From: Vicinamibacterales bacterium
Lineage (GTDB): Bacteria; Acidobacteriota; Vicinamibacteria; Vicinamibacterales; JAMQPK01
NCBI GenBank assembly: GCA_963802345.1
Contig: CAWDIK010000011.1
Span: 65,757 to 129,756 of the forward strand
DNA length: 64,000 nt
Direction: 5' to 3'
Shown: positions 54,178 through 64,000 of the stretch, piece after piece
How positions within the stretch are numbered: the stretch's first letter is position 1
Layout of the letters: the number at the start of each line of letters is the position of its first letter
Notes under the pieces: generated by a model
The model's database searches: none
Told to the model about the DNA's origin: nothing
What the model saw: only the letters and a program-made list of their open reading frames with translations
Made by a program: the position numbers and the translations under genes

Positions 54178-55800
54178 ATGCGGATTGCCGGTTTGCTTCT
54201 CGCGGTCATGAGCCTGTCTGCCGCCGCGCAGGCGCAGCAGACGCTGACGCTCGAGATTAAGGACTTCGCGACCATGCCGATCACGGGGGTGCCCCTCGGC
54301 AAGACGACGAATGAAATGCTGCTCTCCCGGGTCAACGCCATCCGCGAAGAACCAGGAGGCGCGCCACGGCTGTTCGTCGCGGATATGAACGGGCCGCTCT
54401 ACATCCTCGACAAGAAAACCAGACAGTTTACGAAGTACCTGGACTTCGACGGGCGCGACGACCGGCCGGGCCTCTTCCATCGATTTTTCATTACGAGCGG
54501 CTACGGCAACGGCCTCAACGGGTTCTATTTCGATCCCGACTACCGGCGCACCGGCAAGTTCTACACGGTGCACATGGAAGACCCGAACCTGACCGTGTCG
54601 AATCTCCCGGACAACAAGAACCACGCGGGCCTGAACGTCAGCGGGTACTCGGTCACCGCGACCATCGACACTCCAGGCGTGACGATCAACGAGGGCGTGC
54701 TGATCGAATGGACCGACACCAACCCATCGAACAACGCATTCGAAGGGACCGCCCGTGAATTGATGCGTCTCCGGTTGAACACCCGGAGTCACCCCATGGG
54801 CGATCTGACGTTCAATCCCGCGGCTCGCCCCGGCGATCCCGACTGGCGCGTGCTGTACGGCGAGGTGGGCGATGGCGCATCAGGAGAGTCCCGGATTGTC
54901 GCCATCCGCAACAACCCTCAGCGCCTCGACAACCTGGTTGGGAAGATCATCCGCATCATTCCGGATTTGAACGAGCACGTCGACACGAGCACCGTGAGCG
55001 AAAACGGCCGCTATCGCATCCCGAACGACAACCCGTTCGTCAAGACCAAGGGCGCACGCCCGGAGATCTGGGCGTACGGCCTTCGCAATCCGCATCGCTT
55101 GAGCTGGGCGCCCGACCCCTCGAACCCGCGCAGGCCGAAACTGCTGGCCAACTCCGTCGGGTACCGCACATGGGAGACGGTGAACGTCATCGAACGAGGC
55201 AGCAATCACGGCTGGCCGTACCGCGAAGGCAATCAGGTGCTCTCGCCCGACCAGCGATCGCATGGGCCTCTTCCCGAAGTGGACAAGATTCCGACGCAAA
55301 TCGGCGACGAAATCACCGACGAGGTGGTGACCCCCAGGTATCCCGTGATTCAGTACCCACACGACCCGTCGGGCGGCGACGCCATCGGATCGGGCTACGT
55401 CTATGAGGGAAAGCTGATTCCAGAGTTGCGCGGCAAATACATCTTCGGCGACATCACGACCGGTCGCTTCTGGTACGCCGACTACAAAGAGATGCTGGCA
55501 GCCGACGCCGACGGAAACGCCGGCACGCTTGCCAAGTACTACGACGTCAAGTTCGTCTGGGACAACCCAGACGACTCGCCCGACCGGGGCAAGCAGGTGT
55601 ACGACACGATGTTCCCCATCAACGAGGCGATTTACCACTCCCGCGGCGGGAAAGAAGAGCACCTCGCGTCGCGACAGAAAGTCGCCAATCAGGGCCGTGC
55701 CGATGCGCGCCTCGCAGTGGATTCGAACGGCGAGCTGTATATCTACAGCAAGAGCGACGGCATGATTCGCCAGGTCGTGGGCGGCGGCGCCGCCAAATAG
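54178..55800 (+). CDS. Secreted PQQ-dependent sugar dehydrogenase-like beta-propeller protein (soluble glucose/sorbosone dehydrogenase family)
   Basis: Intact 540-aa ORF with signal peptide MRIAGLLLAVMSLSAAAQA. Motifs include ...FVADMNGPLYILDKK..., ...EIWAYGLRNPHRLSW... and ...RGSNHGWPYREGN.... Confidence 0.7.
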   Translation: MRIAGLLLAVMSLSAAAQAQQTLTLEIKDFATMPITGVPLGKTTNEMLLSRVNAIREEPGGAPRLFVADMNGPLYILDKKTRQFTKYLDFDGRDDRPGLFHRFFITSGYGNGLNGFYFDPDYRRTGKFYTVHMEDPNLTVSNLPDNKNHAGLNVSGYSVTATIDTPGVTINEGVLIEWTDTNPSNNAFEGTARELMRLRLNTRSHPMGDLTFNPAARPGDPDWRVLYGEVGDGASGESRIVAIRNNPQRLDNLVGKIIRIIPDLNEHVDTSTVSENGRYRIPNDNPFVKTKGARPEIWAYGLRNPHRLSWAPDPSNPRRPKLLANSVGYRTWETVNVIERGSNHGWPYREGNQVLSPDQRSHGPLPEVDKIPTQIGDEITDEVVTPRYPVIQYPHDPSGGDAIGSGYVYEGKLIPELRGKYIFGDITTGRFWYADYKEMLAADADGNAGTLAKYYDVKFVWDNPDDSPDRGKQVYDTMFPINEAIYHSRGGKEEHLASRQKVANQGRADARLAVDSNGELYIYSKSDGMIRQVVGGGAAK

Positions 55801-55801
55801 C

Positions 55802-57399
55802 ATGCGCCTGACAATCCCCGCCGTCGTCTTCGCAGCGTCGGCGGCTGTCCTGGCTGCGCCGCCGACGGCGCCCGAGCCGCTCACGCTCGAGTTGAGGGAT
55901 TTCGCGGCGCTGCCGATTACGGGCAATCGTCGCCGGCGAGGGACAGGTCGATGGCCTGCTCGCGCGGGTCAACTCGATTCGTGAGGAACCGGGCGGCACC
56001 GGCCGACTGTTCGTCACGGACATGAACGGTCCGATCTACATCCTCGACAAGAAGACCAAAGCGTTCCTTCCGTATCTCGATTTCAACGGCAGCGGCGATC
56101 GGCCCGGGCTCTTCGACCGTCTGATTCACGATCCCGGATACAGCAGCGGCATCAGCCAGTTCCAGTTCGATCCGGATTACCTCCGCAACGGCAAGTTCTA
56201 CACGGTGCACATGGAAAGTCCCGTGTTGCCCGGCTCCCAACGGCCCGATACGACGCGGCTGCCGGGATTGACCTTCGGGCCGTTTGGCTACGAGCCGACG
56301 GCGGCCGTTGGCACTCCCGGGACGATCACCTATGAATCGGTCCTCATCGAATGGACCGACGCGCTGCCGCGGAACGCCACTTTCGAGGGCACGGCGCGTG
56401 AAGTGCTGCGCGTGCAGCTCAACAGCCGTATTCATCCGATGGGCGAGGTGGTCTTTCATCCAACCGCCCGGCGCGGCGATCCGGAATGGGGCGTGATGTA
56501 CATCGGCATGGGTGACGGCGGTTCCGGAGAAACGCGGACGCCGGCACGGCCGAACCCACAGCGCCTCGACACGCTGGTCGGAAAAATTCTTCGCATCGTC
56601 CCGGATACGTCCGAGCACGTGGCCACGAGCACGCTGAGCGAGAACGGCCGGTACCGCATACCGAACGACAATCCGTTCGCCGCCAAGCCTGGAGCCCGCA
56701 AGGAAATCTGGGCGTACGGCCTCCGCAATCCGCACCGGTTGAGCTGGGCCGCGGATCCCGCTGATGCCCGGCGGCAGCACCTGATCGCGGCTGTGGTGGG
56801 ACTGCGCACGTGGGAAATGGTCAACATCATTCGCAAGGGCGCGAACTACGGATACTCGCAGCGCGAGGGCAACCAGCTGCTGCAGCCCGACAACGTCATT
56901 GCGGCGTTGCCCGCCGTCGACAAGATCGCGGTTCAGATTGGCAACGAAGTCACCGATGAAACGGTCGTGCCGACCTACCCGGTCGTTCAGTACGGCCACG
57001 TGCCAACCGGCGGCGACGGCATCGGCAGCGGATACGTCTACACCGGCAAGGCGCTGCCGGCGCTGCGCGGCAAGTACATCTTCTCGGACCTTTCAACGGG
57101 ACGCGTCTGGTACGCCGAATGGAAAGACATGCTCGCCGCCGATGACGGCGATCCGAAGACGATGGCGCAGATGCACGAAGTGAAGTTGCGCTGGAACGAC
57201 CAGATCCACGACACGTTCACGTCGATCGCGCAGGCGGCCTATCAGTCGCGGGGCGGCAAAGATCCGGATCTGCCCGGCCGCGGGACCATATCAGGGACGC
57301 GGCGCGCCGATGCGCGGTTCGCCCTGGATGCCGCCGGTGAGCTGTTCGTGTACAGCAAGACCGACGGAATGATCCGGCAAGTGTGTCGTGTCGAAATAG
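55802..57399 (+). CDS. Paralog of the preceding PQQ-dependent dehydrogenase-like protein; frameshifted as assembled
   Basis: MRLTIPAVVFAASAAVLAAP...LELRDFAALPITG joins AIVAGEGQVDGLLARVNSIREEPGGTGRLFVTDMNGPIYILDKK... (frame of ORF 56022..57614) at ~55920. It is collinear with its neighbour (...EIWAYGLRNPHRLSW..., ...KGANYGYSQREGN...). The expected end ...DGMIRQVVVSK-stop (TAG 57397-99) needs a 1-nt correction at ~57385. As assembled, the ORF runs on into the next gene. Confidence 0.7.
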
Positions 57400-57437
57400 A
57401 CGAACGTCAGTCTCCTTTGACCGGACGAGAGGACCTC

Positions 57438-58517
57438 ATGCGAAAACTCTTCGTTCCTGCTCTCGCCCTGCTTGTTCTCACTTACGCGATGCTCGCGCAG
57501 GCGCAGCGCGGCGGCGGCCTCCGGCCATGCCGCCGGAGCCGGGCTCGCTTCCGACGCACAAGTTCGAAAAAGTCGCCGAAGGCGTCTATTACGCGACGGC
57601 GACCGGATCGATGACGATCGGCAGCAACGCGGTCGTCATCGTGAACGACGACGACGTCATGCTGGTCGATCCCGGGCATCTCCGCGGCGGCCGCCACGAC
57701 GTTCCTGGCCGACGTGAAAACGCTGACGAACAAGCCGATCAAATACGTGGTCGACACGCACTACCACTACGACCATGCCTTCGGGAACCAGGTCTTCGGT
57801 CCCGACGTGACGATCATCGGCCACGACACGGCGCGGCGCCGCCTCACCGGACCGGGCTCGCTGAAGGAGCGGACGTACCTGACCAACAGCACCGCCGCCA
57901 TCGCCAGCCGCTTCACGCTGCTGAAGCGGCAGATCGCGGAAGCGAAGGATCCGAATGAGCGCGCGATCTACGAGCGCCAGCTGGCGATTCATCAACAGTA
58001 CGCGGACGAACAGCCGAAGCTGAAGCCGACACCGCCGAACGCAACGCTTTCTCGCGACATGACGCTTCACCGTGGCAGCCGGGAGATTCAGATTCGATTC
58101 TTCGGCCGCGCCCACACCGACGGCGACATCGTCGTCTTTCTGCCGCGCGAGCGAATCGTCTCTACCGGCGACATGATCACGAGCGCGCTTTCCTATACGG
58201 GCGACGCGTTTGTCGAGGAGTGGCCGGCAACCCTCGAAGGGGTGCTGTCGCTCGACTTCGACACGGTGCTCCCTGGGCACGGCAGCGTGTTCAAAGGAAA
58301 AGATCACATCCGCAACCTGCAGGCGTATTGGCGCGATTTCTACCAGCAGGCCACCGCCCTGCGAAAACAGGGCGTGTCGCCGGAGGAGGCAGCCAAGCGC
58401 ATCGACCTGACGAAACACGCGGGCGCGATTCCGGCGGCCAAGACTCCCGGCGTCGATCCGCGCGGCGTCGATCGCATCTACGACCTCGCGGCGAATCCGA
58501 ATGCGCCAGTCCGGTAA
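57438..58517 (+). CDS. Secreted MBL-fold metallo-hydrolase; frameshifted as assembled
   Basis: GAGAGGA RBS precedes ATG 57438 (MRKLFVPALALLVLTYAMLAQA). It continues in ORF 57383..57958 (...HKFEKVAEGVYYATATGSMTIGSNAVVIVNDDDVMLVDPG) and ORF 57714..58517 (...YVVDTHYHYDHAFGN...GRAHTDGDIVVF...LPGHG...). Frame changes are at ~57515 and ~57680. Confidence 0.8.
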
Positions 58518-58908
58518 CTAGCTGGGCGCGCGCCGCGCTTTTCGCGCCATATCTTCTGTAGGACGTTCGTATGCTGTCGAGGTCTGATTCTTCGAGCTCC
58601 TCGATGTCGAGCAGCTCGTTCTTCGCGTTGCCGATGGCCCTGATGATCTCGTCGAGCTTCAGCTGCATCGCTTCTGCATCGCGATTCTGCGTCGCCTGAA
58701 TCAGAAAGACCATCAGAAAGGTCACGATCGTCGTGCTCGTGTTGATGACGAGCTGCCACGTGTCGCTGAACGCGAACAGCGGGCCGGTCAGCCCCCACAC
58801 GATGACCGTGAGCCCGCCGATCACAAAGGCGATGGGCCGTCCCGTCGCGCGTGCCGTCGCTTTGGTCAGGCGCGTAAACCAACTGCGGCTCTTCGTCGGT
58901 CGCATCAT
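58518..58908 (-). CDS. Low-affinity iron permease family membrane protein; 3' end frameshifted as assembled
   Basis: ORF 58291..58908 reads ...FTRLTKATARATGRPIAFVIGGLTVIVWGLTGPLFAFSDTWQLVINTSTTIVTFLMVFLIQATQNRDAEAMQLKLDEII..., which is characteristic of this family. Beyond ~58555 the track ORF overlaps the convergent MBL gene. The neighbouring frame ends ...EDMARKARRAPS-stop (TAG 58518-20). Confidence 0.8.
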
Positions 58909-58917
58909 CCCTCCGTG

Positions 58918-60318
58918 TTATGCGCGCACAATTTCCACCGGCCCTACATGCGGCCGTCCCAGCGGGTCGATCCTCGCAATGTCCACCGGATCTCGATCGG
59001 GCGCCTCGGCCTCGCCGATCGCGCGGACGCGCATGGTGTCGCCCGTGATGTTCGCCAGCAGAAAATGACACTCGGTCGCCCACGTCACCGTGTGGGCCTC
59101 TTCGAAGCGGTCGGGCGGCGTGCGGCGAAGCTTGCCGGCCGCTCCGGTCACGAAATAATGGATTCCGTCGGCGAGCGAATGCTGGAAGTTGTGTTCGTGC
59201 CCGGCAAAGACCACTTTCACGCCGGCGCGCTCGAACAGCGGAAGGAGACGCTCCATTCCCTTCGTGTTTCCGTGCTGGGGTCCGGCGCAGTACGGCGGAT
59301 GGTGGCAGAACGGAATCCGCCACAGGCTCGCGCCCCGATCGTCGGGGAACGCCGACTCGACGAACTCCCAGTGCTTGGGATATTCGAACAGGCGGTGCCC
59401 GCGGAAAAACCCTTCCTTCGAGGTATCAAGGCACACGAACTCGATGTTGGACCCGTAACGGAAGCGGTAGAACAACCCCGGACAGAATGAGGCGCGGCCG
59501 GCGGCCTCTTCTCCTCCGCTCAACCGTTCGCGCAGGTAGAAGTTGTCTTCGACCTGCGCGCGATCGTCCCGCTCTTCTGTCTCGTCTGCGTCGTGGTTCC
59601 CAATCGAGGGAAACACGGGCACGCGGTTGATCACATAGCGATAGGGCTGGAAGTAGGTGAAGAACCAGTCGTCGTCTTCGTCTCCGCTGCCGCCAATCGG
59701 AATCCCCAGCAGCCGGGTGCCGGCGTAAATGTTGTCGCCGGTGGTAAGAATCAGGCGGACGCCCTGCGTATCGATCGTGCGCCGAATCGCGTTTGCCACT
59801 TTCTGCTGTCTGCGCGTCGGCGAATCCCTCTTCACGCCGACGCCGAAATCTCCCATCACCGCGAAGCTGAGCGAGCCGGCGGGCACAGTCGGATCGGGGT
59901 TCGTGCAGAACCGGTTGTCATAGCTGTTGCCCACCTGGACAAGCGCGCTGTCCTGCGCGGACCAGTCCCAGCGCTCGCCCGCCGCCCACTCTTCGTTTTT
60001 CACGAACACTTTGTAGGTGTATTCGGTGTCGGGCTTCAGGCCGGGCAGCCAGCAATGATTCGCGACCTCGGTCTTCGCCACACTGGCAAGGACGCCCGCC
60101 TTGTCGTACACCTCGACACGAGCCGGACCATACGGCGCCGACAGCGCGCCGATGGAATCCTTGCGCGGCGGGTGGACGTACTTCAGATCGTGGTCGTCGA
60201 CGATCTTCCACTTGCCGCGGCTCGTGGTGCGGAAGTAGAAGGCGCCCCAGGCCACCAATGCCGACTTGTGCGTGACCGCCGGCAGGTAAATGTACGGCTC
60301 GGCGTGAAATTCCGGCAT
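58918..60318 (-). CDS. Calcineurin-like metallophosphoesterase (purple-acid-phosphatase-like, N-terminal Fn3-like domain)
   Basis: Intact 466-aa ORF with the motif series ...VMGDFG..., ...TTGDNIYAG..., ...SIGNHD..., ...FAGHEHNFQH... Confidence 0.85.
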   Translation of the reverse strand: MPEFHAEPYIYLPAVTHKSALVAWGAFYFRTTSRGKWKIVDDHDLKYVHPPRKDSIGALSAPYGPARVEVYDKAGVLASVAKTEVANHCWLPGLKPDTEYTYKVFVKNEEWAAGERWDWSAQDSALVQVGNSYDNRFCTNPDPTVPAGSLSFAVMGDFGVGVKRDSPTRRQQKVANAIRRTIDTQGVRLILTTGDNIYAGTRLLGIPIGGSGDEDDDWFFTYFQPYRYVINRVPVFPSIGNHDADETEERDDRAQVEDNFYLRERLSGGEEAAGRASFCPGLFYRFRYGSNIEFVCLDTSKEGFFRGHRLFEYPKHWEFVESAFPDDRGASLWRIPFCHHPPYCAGPQHGNTKGMERLLPLFERAGVKVVFAGHEHNFQHSLADGIHYFVTGAAGKLRRTPPDRFEEAHTVTWATECHFLLANITGDTMRVRAIGEAEAPDRDPVDIARIDPLGRPHVGPVEIVRA

Positions 60319-60359
60319 GACTGGAATCTACCAGATTGCGTGCGCGTGCTTACGATGAT

Positions 60360-60585
60360 TTTGCTGTCTCAACGCAGAGACGCGGAGCCGCAGAGGTGCA
60401 CGGGGCGCATGAAAATGCGAACACGAAGTCACGAAGAAATGCATCGACATGCGCGCCATCGGCGTCTTCGAGCTCTTCGTCGCCCAATCCGTGCGTATTC
60501 GAAGCCTAAGACACGCAGATTGCGTTCATGCTTTTCATCGCGTCGTCGCCTCTGCGTCCTCGTGCTTGTCGTGAGACAGCCACAC
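60360..60585. repeat. ~225-bp imperfect inverted repeat (long hairpin) between ppc and the phosphoesterase gene
   Basis: The left arm is ttgctgtctcaacgcagagacgcgg...gcgcatgaaaatgcgaacacgaagtcacgaagaaatgc. The right arm is ...cttcgagctcttcgtcgc...gcgttcatgcttttcatcgc...cctctgcgtcc...gtgagacagcc. The outer, middle and inner blocks pair in register. It begins 4 nt after the ppc stop. Confidence 0.55.
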
Positions 60586-60588
60586 ACG

Positions 60589-63248
60589 TCAGCCGGTGTT
60601 TCGCATGCCTGCAGCGATGCCATTCACGGTCACGACAAACGCATCGAAGAGTGCCGGATCCGGATCGGGCGCGCGGAGGCGGCGCAGCAGTTCGACCTGC
60701 ACGAGGTTGATAGGGTCGACATAGGGATTGCGGACGTCGATCGAGCGGCGCAGCACCGGGTTGGCCTCGAGCAGCATCTGATGGCCGGTGACGGCGAGCA
60801 CGGCATCGACCGCACGCGACAGGCGGCGCCGAAGGTCAAGGCCGAGCGGGCGCAGCTCGTCCGGCGCCAGCCGATCGTACCGTGCCGCAATGCGGCCGTC
60901 GGCCTTGGCGAGGGTCATCTCGACAAGGTCAATCGTCGACGCGAAGAACGCCCAGTGCGCATACATCTCCCGCAGCATCCCATCGTGGCTGCTCGGACAA
61001 CGCGTCTTCGATGCCGAGCCACGACGGCAGCATCAAGCGGGTCTGCGTCCAGGCAAACTGCCACGGAATCGCGCGAAGGCTTTCGACTCCCTTCCCAGGC
61101 GAGCGGCGCGCCGGCCTGCTGCCGATGCTGACTTGCGCGAGCTCGGGCTCGGGAGTGGCCGCGTGAAAATACGGAATGAAGCGGGGTTCGTCGTAGACCA
61201 CTGACCGGTAAGTGCCCCGCGCCCGCCCCGCCACGTCGTCCATGCACGTGCGCCATTCGGCCTTCGGGAGGGGCTGCGGCACGAGCGCGGCCTCGAGCGT
61301 CGCGGTTGTATACACCTCGAGCGTGCGGATGGCGATGTCGACGAGGCCGAACTTGGCCTGGATCATCTCGCCCTGTTCGGTTGCGCGAAGTGTTCCCCGA
61401 ATCGAACCCGGGGGCTGCGACTGAATGGCGAGATACGTCGGCCCGCCGCCACGGCCGATGCTGCCGCCGCGCCCATGAAACAGGGTGAGGCGCACGCCGT
61501 GCTCTTCGCACGCGGCGACGACGTCCTCCTGCGCGCGGTACAACGCCCAATCGGCGCTCAATCGGCCGGCATCTTTCGCGGAATCGGAATAACCAATCAT
61601 CACTTCCTGATGACCGCCGAGCCGGTTCGCGGTACCACGGGATCGCGAGCAGATCGCGCATGATGGCGCCGGCATGCTCCAGATCGCGCAGCGTCTCGAA
61701 GAGCGGCACGACACGCTGCGGGTGCGACGTGCCGGCCGCCACCTGTAGAAATTCCACTGCGAGCACATCCGATGGCGCGCTTGCCATCGTGATCACGTAC
61801 GCGCCAAGAGACTCCGGGTGAATGCGCGCGGCTACGCGAAACGTGTCGAGCACTTCGCGCACCTGATCGTCGGACGCCGTCCTGGGAAGGTCGTCGAGCC
61901 GCACGTCACCCGCTGTCAAATGTCGTTCGAGGAATCTCTGCCGCTCAGGCTCGGAGAGCGCCGCGTACTTGCCGAGCCCTGCGGCCTGAGCGATCCAATC
62001 GACAGCAGCCGTATGACGCTGGGCCTCCTGCCGAAGATCGAGGCGCGCGAGCGTGACGCCAAACGTCGTCACGCGGCGCAAAAGGTCCGTGAGCCGGCCG
62101 CCGGCAATGACGCCGTTCCCAGTGGACATGAGCGAGCGGAAGCAGAGCTCCAGCGGCTCCGCGAGCTCGGCGGCCGCGAGGTAGGGCGCCACGCCCGTCA
62201 GCTTCGGAGCCGACTCCGCGAGCGCCTCTTCGGCCAGATCGCGCGTCGCCTGAAGCCGATCGCGCACTTCGGCGAGCAGCACGCGATACGGCTCGTGCGC
62301 GGCGCCGACGCGCGCGCGAAGCTCCTCGCTCGCATGGCGCCCAGAGAGCGACAGCTCGCTTCGAAGAGCGACGACGTCCTTGAGATACAGGTCGGCGGCC
62401 TGCCAGCGTGCCAGCCATGTGGCCTGACGTGTCACTTCCGCGGTGATGCTCGGATTGCCGTCGCGATCGCCGCCAATCCACGATCCGAATCGGATCGGCG
62501 CGGCGTCGAGCGGCAACGCGTGCCGGCCGCCGCCATCAGCGCACGGTCGACCGCGCGTAGATACTGCGGCAGCGCATTCCACAGACTCTGTTCGAACACA
62601 ACGAGGCCCGCCCGCACTTCGTCGAGCGGGCGTGACACGCTCGCGGCGCACTTCGTCGGTTTGCCACGCGGCCGCGATCTCGCGCTGGAGATCGGCCAGC
62701 GATTCCTCCTGCTCGTCGGGCGTCAGGTCGGGACGATCGCGAAACGCAAGAATCTCGGCGATGCGGTTGTGCTTCTGCAGCAGCGTGCGGCGAACGATTT
62801 CGGTCGGATGCGCGGTGAAGACCAGCTCGACGCGCATGGAGAGGATCGACGCGGCGAGGGCGTCCGCCGGCACGCCGGCCTGTCGCAGCCGCGCAAAGGT
62901 CTCGGCGGCGGAGCCGCGCTGCGGATGGCCGGCCGGATCGCGCGCGTGGTCGCGCCGGCGATGCACGCGGTGGTGCTGCTCGGCGATGTTGGCGAGCGTC
63001 AGAAAATGCGCGAACGCGCGCGCGACGGTCAGCGCCGACGCCATCGGCATGTCGCGCAGCAACCGATCGATGTGCTCGAGCTCGCTGTCGAGCGTGCGCG
63101 CCTTCTTGGCGGCCTCGCGCACCTGCTCGACCCGTTCGAAAATCTCGTCGCCTTCGTGATGCCGCAGCACACGGCCCAACACTTCCCCGAGCAGGCGCAC
63201 GTCATCGCGCAGCGGCTGGTGTGGATCGACGCTCGATCCCGAGCGCAT
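60589..63248 (-). CDS. ppc: Phosphoenolpyruvate carboxylase; frameshifted as assembled
   Basis: ORF 60915..63248 reads [25 protein letters not shown]...[16 protein letters not shown]...[13 protein letters not shown].... A short excursion into ORF 62432..62638 follows (changes at ~62635 and ~62525). ORF 60929..61768 reads ...[13 protein letters not shown]...[17 protein letters not shown]... (change at ~61640). ORF 60589..60978 ends in the canonical ...[11 protein letters not shown] (change at ~60975). Confidence 0.9.
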
Positions 63249-63275
63249 CCTACTGCAGGACAGACTAAGATCGAC

Positions 63276-64000
63276 ATGAATGTCGGCGACCAGACTCGCT
63301 TCTCATCGCCCTCGGCATCGTCGCCGGCAGCGTTCGTCGTCACGTGGCTCGTCTTCGCGTTCTGGCGCGTGCGATCGGAAATGCAGCGGCGCGCGGCCGG
63401 CGATGCTCCGCTGACAGCGCGGCGCAGCGTGATCTGGCGCGATCCGGGTCCGGCGGAGAGCCTCGACCTTGCTGCCGGCCCGGGCGGACGCGACGGCGCA
63501 CCGATGGCGCCGTTCACCGTTCATCGAAGAGCACGGCACCGGCAGCTTTCCCTGCGTCTCCGTGCGCGACGCGCGCGGGCACGTGTGGCGCGTGAAGTGG
63601 GGCGACGAGGTGCATACCGAAGCGTTTGCCACGCGCCTGGCGTGGGCGGCCGGCTATTTCGTCGAAGTGAACTACTTCGTGCCCTCAGGCACGCATCGAC
63701 GGCGCGAACACCCTGCAGCGCGCCGGCGAGTGCATCGCCGAAGACGGCACCTTTCGCAACGCGCGGTTCGAGCTCGACGAGCCGGGGGTCGTCAAGCACT
63801 TCGACGAGCATAGCTGGGCGTGGAACGAGAACCCGTTCGTCGGCACGCGCGAGCTGAACGGGCTGAAGATCGTGATGATGCTGCTGTCGAACTGGGACAA
63901 CAAGGATGTGCGAGACGTCGCCCGGGGATCGAACACGGCGATTTTCGAGTATCGGATGGACCGCGACGTGCGCGAGGCCCGCTATCTGATCATCGACTGG
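63276..64000 (+). CDS. Conserved-looking hypothetical protein with an N-terminal TM segment (possibly an atypical kinase-like fold); 3' end outside the window; frameshifted as assembled
   Basis: ATG 63276 gives MNVGDQTRFSSPSASSPAAFVVTWLVFAFW...SLDLAAGPGGRDGAPMAPFT. The next frame reads IEEHGTGSFPCVSVRDARGHVWRVKWGDEVHTEAFATRLAWAAGYFVEVNYFVPSG. A third frame is open to 64000 (...IDGANTLQRAGECIAEDGTFRNARFELDEPGVVKHFDEHSWAWNENPFVGTRELNGLKIVMMLLSNWDNKDVRD...). Changes are at ~63515 and ~63690. The last piece is absent from the ORF track because it has no stop. Confidence 0.5.

Overview
High-GC (roughly two-thirds G+C by eye) bacterial chromosomal segment. Gene content and protein motifs look like an Acidobacteriota-type soil bacterium, but that is inference only. 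I reconstruct about 55 protein-coding genes and one initiator tRNA-Met. Recognisable content: ankyrin and tail-fibre/S74 surface proteins; a serine hydrolase next to tRNA-fMet; pgi and msrPQ; SET-domain and radical-SAM proteins; a TonB-dependent receptor; a complete imuA-imuB-dnaE2 mutagenesis cassette; a GAF histidine kinase with a response-regulator/PP2C phosphatase; a SahR-like regulator with metH; PadR with a membrane protein; an ABC-2 exporter; topoisomerase IV parE/parC; a fused MFS/spermidine synthase; a GlcD/GlcF-like FAD/Fe-S oxidoreductase; two PQQ-type dehydrogenases; and ppc. I saw no rRNA, CRISPR, transposase or integrase. Two global peculiarities dominate. (i) By manual reconstruction there are roughly 60-70 apparent 1-nt frameshifts, mostly at G/C homopolymers and very unevenly distributed, so many genes are split over several ORFs of the supplied track. 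This is probably assembly error, since even the tRNA-fMet is one C short. (ii) Almost every intergenic spacer consists of locus-specific tandem 7-9-nt repeats, often as inverted arrays forming long hairpins. The same repeats also occur in several loops inside imuB, dnaE2 and the spermidine-synthase fusion. All functional calls come from motif recognition by eye, and no database search was run.
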